A DNA stretch of 43,299 nt from Malacoraja senta (taxonomy: Eukaryota). Positions 23,722-36,043 of this stretch are shown piece after piece; the first letter of the stretch is position 1, and each line of letters starts with the position of its first letter. Made by a program: the position numbers and the translations under genes. The notes under the pieces were generated by a model. It saw nothing but the letters and a program-made list of their open reading frames with translations. It was not told where the DNA came from and did not search any database. The stretch lies in contig JAXLNO010000330.1 in the NCBI GenBank assembly GCA_038087875.1, forward strand, positions 1 to 43,299. The letters are read 5' to 3'.

Positions 23722-23805
23722 CGGGTGGGTGAGGGTGGTTTCCGGTGGGTGTGGTTGGTGAGGGAGGTTTCGAGTGGGTGAGGATGGTTTTGGGTGGGTG
23801 TGGGT
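23722..23805. repeat. G-rich minisatellite, right arm
   Basis: GGGTGGGTGAGGGTGGTTTC unit, more degenerate. Confidence 0.85.
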
Positions 23806-23827
23806 AAAAAAATCACAAACCATATAC

Positions 23828-24030
23828 GTAAGTAAGTAAGTACATTTTATTTATATAGCACATTTAAATCAACTCACGTTGAAACCAAAGTGCTTTACAT
23901 AAAAGAAATAATGAAGTTTCCGTACATCCATAGAAAAAATTAAAAAATAAGAAAAAATTACACAACACATTATAGAATTCAACATGAACTTCCCCCCCAC
24001 AACAGAATCAAAATTTTCCACTGTCCATGG
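23828..24030 (-). mobile_element. L2-like 3' tail
   Basis: Minus strand TGTAAAGCACTTTGG...TTTAAATGTGCTATATAAATAAA followed by (TTAC)n. Confidence 0.6.
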
Positions 24031-24039
24031 CATCAAAAA

Positions 24040-24101
24040 TTTTACTTCGGAGTCACGTGAGTGACTACGTGAAGAAGCCCCGTCCAGCCGCACACGTGTC
24101 A
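24040..24101 (+). repeat. DIRS left ITR
   Basis: 24066-24101 is the reverse complement of 28911-28946 (1 mismatch in 36). 24040-24075 is the exact reverse complement of 28681-28716. Confidence 0.93.
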
Positions 24102-24276
24102 TTATCGATCAGACGCATAGCATTCATGACCGTGTGTGGAGGAGCAGGAGCTCCTCCAGCCGGTGAGTAAAACAAAAGTAAAACAAAAGTCGGAAGGTAA
24201 GTGGGTTACTTTTCACTGACAGGAGCGTTTCCTTCCCGTTTAGACTTGTTTGGTGGAGCTTCACTCAAGTTTATTA

Positions 24277-25613
24277 TGGAGAAATGGGAAGGAGAGGCGG
24301 CCAGGGACGCACTGTAGTAAAACCCCAGATCCTAAGGGTAGCGGGCGTCAGTCAGGGGAGTCAGTGGCAGCGAAGCCATTAACACCCGTTGTGGTTGAAT
24401 GTGCGTTAAACCGCCGCGGGCGGGCGCAAGGCTGAGAAAAAAAAAAAGAATCGGCCCGACCTGTAGACTCGGATCAGTCAGACCCGGAGGTATGCCCTCC
24501 TCAGGCAGGAAAGAGTATTACACTGCAAGGGACAAAAACTTTATAACTCCTTATGGGGCAGATGATTTGTAAAGAACCCCCACAGGAGGATTTAAGTCGG
24601 TGTTGGCCAATGAGGTATAGCACAGGAGGCGCCTTGGAACCGGCACAAGGGTGGACTACAGGAGAGCCATCAGTGCCTGTGCAGAAACATTAAAGAGGTT
24701 GGCCTACAGGAGAGCCAGTACTAGAAATGCCTGAACAAAAGGCAGCACAAACGTGCAATGATAAATGTGCCAGCACCGACAAATATAAAGAGTAAAAATA
24801 ATGAAGCGTTGGCCTAGAATTGAGCCAGCGCCAGCAGCACCTGATCTGGCAGAGACTTACCTGAAACAGGGGAGCCAGAAATTACACCAACATAAAAATG
24901 AATATCTGGATTTAGATGATGATTTAAATGAGGACCAGAGCCCATTATCAGAGCCACAAATGTTCCAAGGCTGGCATAAAACGTTGCTGTTCCCAGAGTA
25001 ACAGGGGAACCTTTGAGAGAGGAAATAGCTATGACGATAAATTATCTACTCTCCCATCAGCCCCAGGAATTAACCATGGATGAGACTATCAAAAAATATG
25101 AGACCCGGGAAATTGTAGCAGTTACAGCAGTGAATAAACTTGATATGGGTAATTTGAGCAGTGGTTTACGCTCACAAGAATTGAAATTACACAAGTGCTG
25201 AAATTTCTGGGGTCAGTGGTTTGGATGAAGGTTATATATCGTATTCACAACAAAATGCCTTAGCACTCATGTGTAGTCCGCACTTTGAAATAAATTGTAT
25301 TCATAAAAATGCAATAAGACAAAATATTCATCCTAAGTATGCAGGCTCTGAAAACCATGCAATATACAAATGCCTAAATCTGTTTTGGAGAAAATCTAGC
25401 AAAGAAACTAAAGGATCACCTATGCTTAGCAGAGCGGTGAGAAGGCAGTATCCCTACAGGCGAAATGTGGTGCTGGAGAAGGAACAATCCTATCATTCTC
25501 GTATGCACATTGACGTGCTGCACCGAGGATACGTGGAGGTTACAATGTGCCTACTAGAAGGGGACAACAACTGCCGGTGGCAAACCCCGAGGTTAGGGGG
25601 CTTGGTCTGGTAA
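24277..25613 (+). pseudogene. DIRS gag-like ORF1 (fragmented)
   Basis: Position before pol; remnants LRSQELKLHK, IHPKYA, LFGENLAKKLK. Boundaries approximate. Confidence 0.55.
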
Positions 25614-27533
25614 GAAACACAACAAATGTTTCACACTCACAAATAGGGGGAAGGTTACGATTCTTCCTAAAAGAATGGCAATCAATAACAAATGATTCAT
25701 TTATTCTATGTAGCATTGTAGGATTCAAAATTGAGTTCTCTCCACGTTTGGATCCTCCAATTCAGCATAATTCAAACTGGTCACGGATTTTTCTCAAAGG
25801 AAGAGAATGGGTTGATCAAAGGAGAATTGAAAAACTTTATGCAGAAAAGGATGATATAAATGTCAGGAGAACAACACCATCAGTTTGTGTCAAATATTCT
25901 CCTAGGAATATTCTCCTAGAAAAGGGATGGTGGACATAGAATAATTTCCGATCTGACAAATCTTAACCTTTATGTACAATAGAAACATTTCAAAATGGAA
26001 ACATTTACTAATGCCATTTAGCTAGTCACAAAGAATTGCTACAAGGCAAGCATAGATCTGCATAATGCATATTATTCTGTGGCAATGCATGACAAGGATC
26101 AAAGATATTTGAAATTTAGATGGATGAGTCAGTTATGACAATTTAAAGCATTGCCCAATGGTCTGATTTCAGCACCAAGATTATTCACTAAATTGCTCAA
26201 ACCAAATTTTAGCTCTGTTAAGAGCTGAGGGCCATGTATTAATGGCTTATTTAGATGATATCCTCGTTGTAGGGGACACTTTGGCTGCTGCAAAATTGTC
26301 AGTATCCAGAGTCAAATACATTTTGAGAAATTAGGTTTCATTATTCACCTACAAAAATCTAAATTGTTACCAAGCAAAAAGATTGATTACCTAGGGTTCA
26401 CAATTAACTCCGAACACATGGTAATCACTTTGCCAAAAGATAAAAAAGCTGCAGTTAATTGAAGGTTGCATAAAACCCATTAACGAGGACACACCTTCAA
26501 TTAGAGAAGTGGCAAGCTTGCTAGGCAAATTAATTGCAGGGTTTCCAGCGGTCACGTTTGGACCATTGCATTATCAATGTTTACAGAGAGCTAAGGTACA
26601 AGCGTTAAAAATGAATAGAGGGCATTTTGATAGGCCCATGAAATTAACAATTCAATCCATTACAGAAATAGAATGGTGGATTAACAATGTTTCTAATGTT
26701 TCCAGAAAAGTTCTGGTAGAAACACCTTCCGTCACTCTACAGACTGATTTAAGTGTGCTGAGTTGGGGCGCTACTAACATGATTTCCAGCTGTGGAGGTA
26801 GGTGGAATGTGAATGAAGTACTTTTGCTGGAAAATCTGGGAATCAATTATCTAGAGCTATTAGGCGCATTTTACGGCCTTAGAGCTTATTGCACTGATAT
26901 GGGAAATGTGCATGTTCAGGTACAGGTTGACAATACTACAGCTGTAGCATACATAAATCACATGGGTGGTATAAAATCAGAATCATGTGATAAATTGGCA
27001 AATGAAATTTGGACCTGGGGTATTGCCAGAAAAATTTGGCTGTCAGCAATATATTTACCGGGTAAAAATTAATACAATTGCAGACAAAAGATCACGTAAA
27101 TTTAATGAAAATACAGAATGGATGTTAAATCGGAAAATATTCACACAAATTATCACACAATTTGGAATGCCAGAAATTGATCTGGTTGCATCAAGATTGA
27201 ACCACCAGTTGACTAAGTATGTGTCATGGGAACCTGATCCTGGAGCAGTAGTGGTGGATGCTTTCTCGCTACATTGGGGTGGTATGTTTCTGTATGTTTT
27301 TCCACCATTTTGTTTAATCCACAAATGCATACAGAAAATTAAACAAGATTCAAGCCTCAGGGATTTTGGTAGTACCAGATGGGCCTACACAGGTATGGTA
27401 CCCACTGGTGTTAAAAATGATCAAAAAAACCCTTATGGTTATTCCAAAGCAGATTAAACTGCTTGTACACCCTGTGACTAATGAATCACATCCTTTACAT
27501 AATCGTATTGGTTTGTTGATTTGCAGATTCTAA
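25547..27533 (+). pseudogene. DIRS pol: RT, RNase H and methyltransferase-like domain (frameshifted)
   Basis: IGGRLRFFLKEW; ALPNGLISAPRLFTK; YLDD at 26248-26259; RNase H LQTD/INYLEL/DNTTAVAYIN; MT-like DLVASRLN...DAF..W...YVFPPF; ends HPLH..IGLLICRF*. Confidence 0.9.
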
Positions 27534-28515
27534 GAAGGCATATCTTGGAAAAGGATTATCAGACTGTACGGTGGATGTTATGACAGCAGCCTGGAGGAAT
27601 AGTACCCAGAAGCAGTACATTTCATATATAAAGAAATGGGAGGTGTTTTGTTCAGGAAAGAATATTACATATAATACAGTAGAAATTTCAGATGTAATAG
27701 AGTTTCTTTCAACTCTACACTATGAATTGAAATTAAGTTATAGTGCAATTAATACTGCACGAAGTGCACTCTCTGCATATTTAAGCAGTGAATCAGAACA
27801 AACTCCAATTGGAGCAAATCCTTGGGTCTGTAGGTTTATGAAAGGAATTTTCAACTCTAATCCTCCCAGACCCAGGTATACAGAAATTTGGAATGTAAAA
27901 GATGTACTGATGTTCCTAAGGAGTTGGAATCCAGTTGAAACCCTGTCATTATCCAAAATTACCATGAAATTGGTTATGCTCATGGCATTAGTTTCAGCGC
28001 AGAGAGTTCAAACATTACAGAAACCTCAGAATTGATAGAATGAAAGTAGGGCAAAATGGCATGACATTCTATGTCTATGATTTACTGAAGCAAAGTAGAC
28101 CTGGGTCCACAGGATGCAAGTTGGAATTTTTAGCATATCCTACAGATTCACGACTGTGTGTAGTAACATATGTGAAATGTTACATAGAAACAACAAAAGT
28201 TTTAAGAGGCGCCGAATTGGCATTTTTTATTAGTCATAAAAAGCCTCATAAGAAAGTATCAACACAAACAATTTCACGATGGTTGAAACAGGTGTTGAGA
28301 TATTCAGGTATTGATACTGATAAATTTAAATCTCATTCCTCGAGGGCGGCATCAACATCAGCGGCCAGGGATTCAGCGTGCCAATAGACCTTATTCTCGC
28401 GGCCGCAGGATGTGCAAGTGAACAGATGTTTCACAAGTATTACCACAAGGAGATTAAAGATCTCAGAGGGTTTGGTGATGCCGTGCTGGATACAGTATTA
28501 AATCCCCCATTATAA
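27534..28515 (+). pseudogene. DIRS tyrosine recombinase (frameshifted)
   Basis: AWRNSTQKQY, YSAINTARSALS, RFMKGIFNSNPPRPRY, AQRVQTL (catalytic R), HSSRAAS (HxxR), AAG...FHKYY (catalytic Y). Confidence 0.9.
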
Positions 28516-28680
28516 ATGGGCCTAATTTTTGTTATTTTTATTAAAATAAATAAAACCATTAACTGATTATATTCAAATGTTGTGGTTATGCATTGTTGGT
28601 TGTGCTTACTCAAATAGAGTCAATCGATGCAGTGAACACCTGGATTTGAATCCACGGTGTGAAATCACAGAGCTTTGAAA

Positions 28681-28794
28681 TCTTCACGTAGTCACTCACG
28701 TGACTCCGAAGTAAAATAGTAAGATTAAACGAGAACTTACCAAGTTTGATGTTTGATCTTTATTTTATGAGGAGTAACGTTGAGGGATTACGTG
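28681..28794 (+). repeat. DIRS internal complementary region (ICR)
   Basis: First part is complementary to the element's 5' end. Second part is complementary to the 3' end 28941-29021 (2 mismatches in 81). The two are joined through AAAA at 28713-28716. Confidence 0.93.
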
Positions 28795-28910
28795 CCCTCC
28801 GCTCCCACCCTCATAAAAGGATCAAGCTGGTAGTTCTAAGTCTTTATGCATCTTACTATCATACTTCAGTAATTATCGTCTGTGATTGTCACTCCGCTGC
28901 TTTGAAAGAT

Positions 28911-29021
28911 TGACGCGTGTGCGGCTGGACGGGGCTTCTTCACGTAATCCCTCAACGTTACTCCTCAGAAAATAAAGATCAAACTTCAAACTTGGTAAGT
29001 TCTCGTTTAATCTTACTATTT
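28911..29021 (+). repeat. DIRS right ITR with 3' extension
   Basis: Inverted relative to the left ITR; ends TCTTACTATTT. Confidence 0.93.
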
Positions 29022-32000
29022 CCTTTCATGGAATGTGAATGGCTTGAACCATCCCATTAAGAGGAATTTTTTTTTTAAAGTTCTTCACAGACTAAATGCT
29101 CAGATTATCTTTGTTCAGGAAACTCATGTAAGGCAAGATGACATGTCACGATTTTTCAAGTTTTGGAGAGGACAGCAGTTTCATTCAAATTCACAGACTA
29201 AGGTGAAAGGAGTCTCTATTTTTATTGACTCCTCAATTCCGTTTGTTCACCATGAAACAATTTTTGATCCATATGGCAGATTCTTGGTGATTACCGGTGT
29301 CCTTTATAGGCAAAATGTCGCTATGGTGAATGTCTATGCACCAAATATTTATCACCTTGAGTTTTTTAAACAGTTAATTGCATCCTTTCCTAACTTAAAT
29401 GAACACTTTTTAATAATGGGTGGAGACTTCAATTGCTGTTTGAATCCCTCGATTGATAGGTCTACATCTGATCATGTGCTTCCAAATAAATCAGCTAATT
29501 TTATTAATTCTTTTTTACTTGACTCGGGAATGTTAGAAATTTGGAGATTCTTACACGCAAATGACAAAGAATTTTCATTTTTCTCTCATGTATATCATAA
29601 TTATTCTAGGATGACTATTTTTTACTAGATTCTCAGCTAGTTTCATCGGTCATTGCATGTGAGTATGATGCAATTGCTATTTCTGATCATGCACCAGTGA
29701 AACTATTGATCAAACTACCTGATTCCAAGTTTAGTGCTAAACAATGGCGATTTAATGCTACTTTGCTTCAAGACAAACTTTATTAAGTTTATGAAAGATC
29801 AGATTACTTTTTACTTCTTGACAAACTCTAATGAAGAGATATCCAATGGTATAGTTTGGGATGCTTTTAAGACATATATTCGTGGACAAATTATTTCATA
29901 CTCCGCGGGATTAAAAATACAAACACAAAAAGAAATACGCACATTGGCTGACGAGATTAAAGAAATTGATAAAAAATATTCAAAAGCTCCTAGTTTAGAG
30001 CTCTATAAGAATAGAGTTGAACTTCAATTGAGATATGATTTGTTATTAGTATCACCGATTGAGAACCAGTTACTTAAAACCAAAAGTAAATTTTATATAA
30101 ATGGCGAAAAATCTGGTAAATTACTTGCTAATCAATTGAAAGCAGTGTCGGCCAAGCATCAGATTACTAAAGTGAGTAAACGGGATGGTACAGTAACTGT
30201 AGATCATGACGAAATTAATAAATCCTTTCAGGAATTTTATACCTCCCTATACCAATCAGATTTTCCTACTGATTCCAATATAATGCATGAGTTTTTAAAG
30301 AAACTGAACTTACCAAATTTACCATACAATAATAATAATAATAATAACTTTTATTTATGGGCGCCTTATACCAAAGTCTCAAGGACACCTTACAGAGTTT
30401 AACAAATAAGAAACATATAATCGGAGTAAAATAAATTATAAAGACATGACCAATACACAAATTAAAGACAGAATTCGATCCAAAGACACAAAAAAAAAAA
30501 TCTGAAACACAATGTGAAGAGAGAGCAGCGGCAGCTAAACCGCGGCAGCGTCCACTCTCCCTTCCGACCGCGATCTTCGACACAGACTAAAAATAGACAC
30601 TACATACAAAAATCATCCCCCCACAATGGTTACCAGAAGGCACAATGTCCAATCCCCATCCCCAGATCTCCCACAGTCAGGCCTATTGAGGCCTCCGCTA
30701 TTGCCTCTACGGAGGCCCGATGTTCCTGAGTCTCTGTTGTTAGATGAACCCATCACGGAAGAAGAAATACAGAAAGCAATTTTTTCAATGAATTCTGGTA
30801 AAGCTCCCGGTTTAGATGGGTTTACAGTAGAATTTTTAAAGTATTTCTCAAATTTATTGTCTCCATGGCTATGCAAGGTATTTAAAGAAGCCTGTTTAAG
30901 GAATAGATTACCACAATCTTTTTATGAAGCTTCTATTTCTTTAATTTTAAAAAAAGATAAAGACCCTACTGAAGTGACATCATATAGACCTATATCAATG
31001 TTAAATGTAGATTTTTAAATTCTTTCCAAAATATTAGCTATGAGATTGGAAAAGATTTTACCGCAAATTAGCTCTGAAGATCAGATAGGTTTTATTAAAA
31101 ATCGTTACTCATTCTTTAATGTTAGGAGATTAATAAATATTGTATATACAGCGTCTAATAAAACCCCAGAATGTGTCATCTCACTTGATGCCGAGAAGGC
31201 TATTGATAGAGTAGAATGGAATACTTATTCAATATACTTGAAAAAGTTAAGATTGGTCCAAAATTTATCTCTTGGATCAAACTGCTATATCATACCTCAG
31301 GCTTCTGTATTTACTAATAATCAGAGATCCCCTTTTTTCAGGCTCTTTCAAGGTACTAGACAGGGCTGTCCCTTAAGTCCTTTACTATTTGATATTGCTT
31401 TGGAAACTTTAGCCACTGCTATTAGGGAATCCCCTAATATTTTTGGTATTGTCCGCGGGAATAAGACACATAAGCTATCTCTTTATGCAGATGATCTGTT
31501 ATTATTTATTTCTAACCCTGAGAAATCTATTCCGGCAATAGTAGCATTACTTAATCAATTCAGTAGTTTTTCTGGTTATAAACTAAATCTTTGTAAGGGT
31601 GAGCTTTCCCATTAAATAATTTTGTTTCGAGTTATGGACAGTTTCCATTTACATTGACTACTGAAAGTTTTACTTATTTAGGTATTAAGATCACCAAGAA
31701 ACACAAGGATTTATTTAAAGCTAATTTGATTCCTTTAATTGACCATATTAAACATCAGTTCACTAAATGGTCACCAATGTCCTTATCCTTAATTGGCCGA
31801 ATCAATGCTATTAAAATGTTCATTTTACCTACATTTCTGTATTTATTTCAGACGATACCAATTTTTATTGCCAAATCTTTCTTTGATATTATAGACTCTA
31901 AAATTTCTTCATATATATGGCAGAATAAAAATCCCAGACTAGGTAAAAGATACCTACAGAAATCAAAAAAAGTTGGTGGTTTGGCATTGCCGAACCTTAG

Positions 32001-33630
32001 ACTCTACTATTGGGCAGTCAATGTTCGTTATTTAACATTTTGGACAAAAGATGTAGAAGATACCCAATGCCCTGGATGGATAAACCTAGAACGTGATTCC
32101 TTACAAGGGCTATAATTGGCTTCTATTCTGGGGACCTCGTTACCTTTTACAATTACGAGATTGAATAAATATATGACGAACCCAATAATAAGACATACAT
32201 TCCGAATACGGTTTCAATTTCGTAAGTTTTTTGGACTATCTGATTTTATCCAAATTTCTCTTCCAACCATCTAGTACTGATCAAGTTTTTTTGTTATGGA
32301 AGAGGAAGGGATTAGTAGCTTTTTGTGATTTGTTTTTGGAGTGTTGTTTTATGTCTTTCGAACAACTCTCCAATAAATATAACTTACCTAATTCACACTT
32401 TTTTAGATATTTACAAATTAGACAAAAGGAACTACCCCTTTTTCCGCTACCACATCAACCCAAAATTTTGGATTTTTTTTTACAGTTGAACCCTTATCAG
32501 AAAGGATTAATAACGACTATTCATGAGTTGATTTCAAAATTACAAATAGATACATTTGATAAAATTAAGAATGACTGGGAAAGAGAACTCCAAATTTCTT
32601 TACCTATAGAGAAATGGGAGAGGATCCTTCAATTAGTTAATACCTCTTCAATGTGTGCAAGACACGCTTTGATACAATTCAAGGTGGTCCACAGAGCTCA
32701 TATGTCAAAAGATAAGTTAGCTCGTTTTTATGGTCATATAAATCCTACCTGTGACAGATGTAACTCTGAAGTGGCATCACTGACCCATATGTTTTGGTCC
32801 TGCCCTCTTTTGGAAAAATATTGGAAAGACATTTTTTATACTATTTCGGTAGTCTTAGGTATCGATTTTAAACCTCATCCTATTACTGCAATTTTTGAGT
32901 TACCAATGTTAGATTCTATTCATTTGTCCCACTCCGCCCATCGGTTGATTGCTTTTACCACATTAATTGCCAGAAGATTTATTTTCTTTGAATGGTAAGA
33001 TTCCAACCCTCCGACCACACTCCAGTGGTATTCTGAGACGATATCATGTTTAAATTTAGAAAAAATTAGAAGTGACATTGTTGAACCCTTGGTTAAATTT
33101 GATAAGACTTGGGGAATATTTATTGAACACTTTCATACAACATAAATTGATCCCTCTTTAACCGTTATAAAAATTATTTTACTTTCATAGGGTGGAACGG
33201 ACTTGACGACAAACAGACTTAAATTGTTGAATTTCTCAGTTCANNNNNNNNNNNNNNNNNNNNNNNNNNNNNNNNNNNNNNNNNNNNNNNNNNNNNNNNN
33301 NNNNNNNNNNNNNNNNNNNNNNNNNNNNNNNNNNNNNNNNNNNNNNNNNNNNNNNNNNNNNNNNNNNNNNNNNNNNNNNNNNNNNNNTACATTTATGTTT
33401 CCTTTTAAAGATTTAACTATATTTACATAGAGACCGAGAGGTCTATATTCATTGTGTATTTTGACACTGGTCTCATATTAGGTTATACCTCTTATTAATG
33501 TGTTTAATCCGGATCCCTATGTATCAATACCATTGTTATATTTATCATTATTCATTTTGCTCTGTTTTTTATGTTTTATTTTTGTTTTTGGTTTTTGGAA
33601 AAAAAACAATAAAAAGATTTTAAAAGAAAG
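29022..33630 (+). mobile_element. L1-clade LINE, ORF2 plus 3' UTR, no ORF1, degraded
   Basis: LSWNVNGLN, QETH, NVYAPN, GGDFN, SDHAP (APE); KAPGLDG, YRPISMLN, LDAEKA.DRVEW, GTRQGCPLSP, YADD (RT); CDRC...HMFWSC; stop ~33143-33145; AATAAA 33608; N gap 33244-33387. Confidence 0.93.
30328..30717 (-). mobile_element. Short L2-tailed retroelement inserted in L1 ORF2
   Basis: Minus strand TGTAAGGTGTCCTTGAG...AAGGCGCCCATAAATAAAAG(TTA)n. It interrupts L1 between LNLPNL and ..LLLDEPITEEEI. Far boundary approximate. Confidence 0.7.
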
Positions 33631-34145
33631 GTACTGAATAAAAAAGTTGTGATGTTCTGCTACAGTTGTACAAGATGTTGGTGAGGCCACATTTGGAGTA
33701 TTGTGTTAAGTTTTGGTCACTCCACTATCGGAAGGATGTCATTAACAGGGCCTGTGATTCAGGGGGAGGATGAGAATGCTTGGACTTTAGTCCTTGGCAC
33801 GCAAGAGGCTGAGGGGTGATCTTATAGAAGTTTATAAAATCAAGGAGCATAGATAGATTGAATGCACAGAATCTTTTAACCAGCCTTATGTAATCAAGAA
33901 CCAGAGGACTTAGGTTTAAGGTGAGAAGGAAATGAGTTACTCGGAACCAGAGGAAGTGGAAATATGGAAGAACATTCCAGGGGAAGGAGTTGAGGCAGGT
34001 ATTAAAACACATTTAGAACACACTTGGACAGGTACATACTGTAGATAGGAAAGGTTCAGTGAGATATGGGTCAATTGCAGGAAAATTGTAGTTTAAACAT
34101 GGCATCTTGGTTGGCATGGCCAAGTTGAGGCAAAGGGCCCATTTC
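33631..34145 (+). mobile_element. Old CR1 3' fragment
   Basis: GGTGAGGCCACATTTGGAGTATTGTG...; GGGCCCATTTCCATGCCGTATGACTCTATG tail. Confidence 0.8.
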
Positions 34146-34869
34146 CATGCCGTATGACTCTATGGCTCCGTGGGCTTGAAAAGCCAATTCTTTTCCGTTT
34201 CACTGCTAAATGATAGTTAATCACCCTCACTAATAGTGACCACAATGGCAGACCCATGACCATGACTGGTTTACAGTGATAATAAGCTAACCATTGCCTC
34301 AGTTCAAATATGCATGTCGTTGATGTTCAATGACTAAATTGTTGCTGCATTCTTAGTTTTGGCAAGGTTCTGATCTGGGTGCTGGAGCTGTTAGACATCT
34401 TGATACCATGAAAGCAGAATCTCAATTTCAGGAAATATACTTGCTGAATGGTGTCTCAGACCAGCAATGCCAGGGAACATTGTATTTTGAAGAGGAAATA
34501 TTACACAACCAAGGCCAAGTGCTCGAGAAAGCAGCACGTCTGTTATTTCAATGAAAACTCTGCTCTTCATCCATCTTGTCATTTTGATCACCCAGTTTAG
34601 TTTATAATATTGTATAACATTTGCAATCAATTCTCACAGTTTATGACATTTACAGCTGGCGTGAAGATGCATCAGTCAATACCTTCTGTCTTCCAATTTA
34701 GTTTATTTAATAGAAAGATAGAAACATTAAAAAATAGGTGCAGGAATAGGCTATTCGGCCCTTTGAGCCATACATGGCTGATCATCCAAAATTAATACTC
34801 CGATCTAGCTTTTTCCCCATATCCCTTGACTCCCTTAGCCCTAAGAGCTAAATCTAACTCTCTCTTGAA

Positions 34870-35150
34870 AACAGTGATACAGTGTGTAAACAGGTCATTT
34901 GTGCCACCAAATCCATACTAACCAGCAATCACCCATTCATAATAGATTTCCCATCCACCCCTACACTATCAGGGTGTCTTACCAAGGATGATTACCTGCA
35001 CACCTGCTCATCTTTGGGATATGGGAGGAAACCGGAGCTCCCTGAGGAAGCCCACATAGTCACAAGAGAATGTGCAAACTCCACGTAGACAGTACCCGAG
35101 GTCCAGATTGAACCTGGGTCTCTGGCGTTGTGAGGCAGCAGTTCTACCAT
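34870..35150 (-). mobile_element. HE1-type SINE (degraded)
   Basis: GGGAGGAAACCGGAGCTCCC...GCAAACTCCAC...GAACCTGGGTCTCTGGCGTTGTGAGGCAGCAGTTCTACC is the reverse complement of the HE1 body and head. Confidence 0.75.
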
Positions 35151-35639
35151 GCTGCATTACGTACAAACTCTAAATCCTACACTGACTTTCCCTTCCACTT
35201 GTTATATTCAACACAATAACTCCTTTACACAGGAGGAAAGTGAACTGCAATTCATCACCAGAATATATCTTACAACAGTGTGATCACAGGCAAGAAACCA
35301 GTGATATAGATTACACTAAAACCCTGATCATCCAGCTCTCTTTGGGATTTGGGAAATGGTAGATTTTAAGGACTGCTGCATGTTACTCCAAACATAATTT
35401 AAGTCAACTAATTTAAGCACTTGTTGAGCAAGTCAGTGGTTGAGGTGCATCTGTACACTACTGTCAGACTTAAGCGGAGGAATACCCATTGTAATTTGCC
35501 TGGAGAGTCTCGAACCAGATTGTCACCTATCCATGGTCTCCAGGGATGTTGCCTGACCTGCTGAGTTACTATAGCACTGTCCCTCACAGTCTTTCCCAAT
35601 CTTATAAATCAAAAATAGTCAACATCTTTCTACATCATA

Positions 35640-35900
35640 TAGAGTCATGGAAATATGCAGCATACAAACATGGCCTTTGTCCCACTGACCTGCACCAACC
35701 ATTCATGTACACTAATCCTATAGTTGTCCCACATTCTCATCAGCTCTCCCCACATTGTATCATGCACAATCTAGGGGACAACTAACCTACCAAACAATGT
35801 TTTGGGGATGTGGGAGGAAACCAGAGCACCTGGGGAAACCCACATGGTCACAGGTACAACATGCAAACTCTACAGATACATCAGCCGATGTCGGTATTTA
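35640..35900 (-). mobile_element. HE1-type SINE (degraded, headless)
   Basis: GGGAGGAAACCAGAGCACC...GCAAACTCTACA V-domain. Confidence 0.65.
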
Positions 35901-36011
35901 ATTCAGGTCTCTGACTCTACTGTGCTGCTCTGTTTCACATTGTAGTCCACCTGTCATGTTGTTGCTTATTCATTCGGCTTTCCACCTTGAACCATTTCTC
36001 CCACTACTCAC

Positions 36012-36035
36012 GTTCCCACTTAATTTTGAGTTTTC
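36012..36035 (-). CDS. Candidate 24-nt cytoplasmic exon of the MHC-like gene (GKLKIKWE)
   Basis: TGTTGCAG|GAAAACTCAAAATTAAGTGGGAAC|GTGAGT; phase 1-1, compatible with the TM exon. No homology support. Confidence 0.3.
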
Positions 36036-36043
36036 CTGCAACA

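Larger units (their letters stand above)
24040..29021 (+). mobile_element. Full-length DIRS1-type tyrosine-recombinase retrotransposon (~4.98 kb)
   Basis: T-run termini, non-identical ITRs, internal complementary region, and gag - RT/RNaseH/MT - YR order. Confidence 0.95.

Noticed and set aside
632-23805. CRISPR-like arrays (26-bp, 65-bp, 84-bp and 20-bp periodicities)
   Set aside because: No unique spacers, no cas genes, eukaryotic DNA; these are minisatellites, PLE units and zinc fingers.
24040-29021. RT + methyltransferase + recombinase cluster as a prokaryote-style defence or retron system
   Set aside because: Fully explained by known DIRS1 architecture in a vertebrate context.
34370-34555. 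~60-codon open plus-strand stretch (HLDTMKAESQFQEIYLL...)
   Set aside because: No motif, start or splice support; length is within chance expectation.
35408-35499. Possible last cytoplasmic exon (NGYSSA / KSDSS in different frames)
   Set aside because: The AG is supplied by a PLE remnant, and the resemblance needs a frame change.
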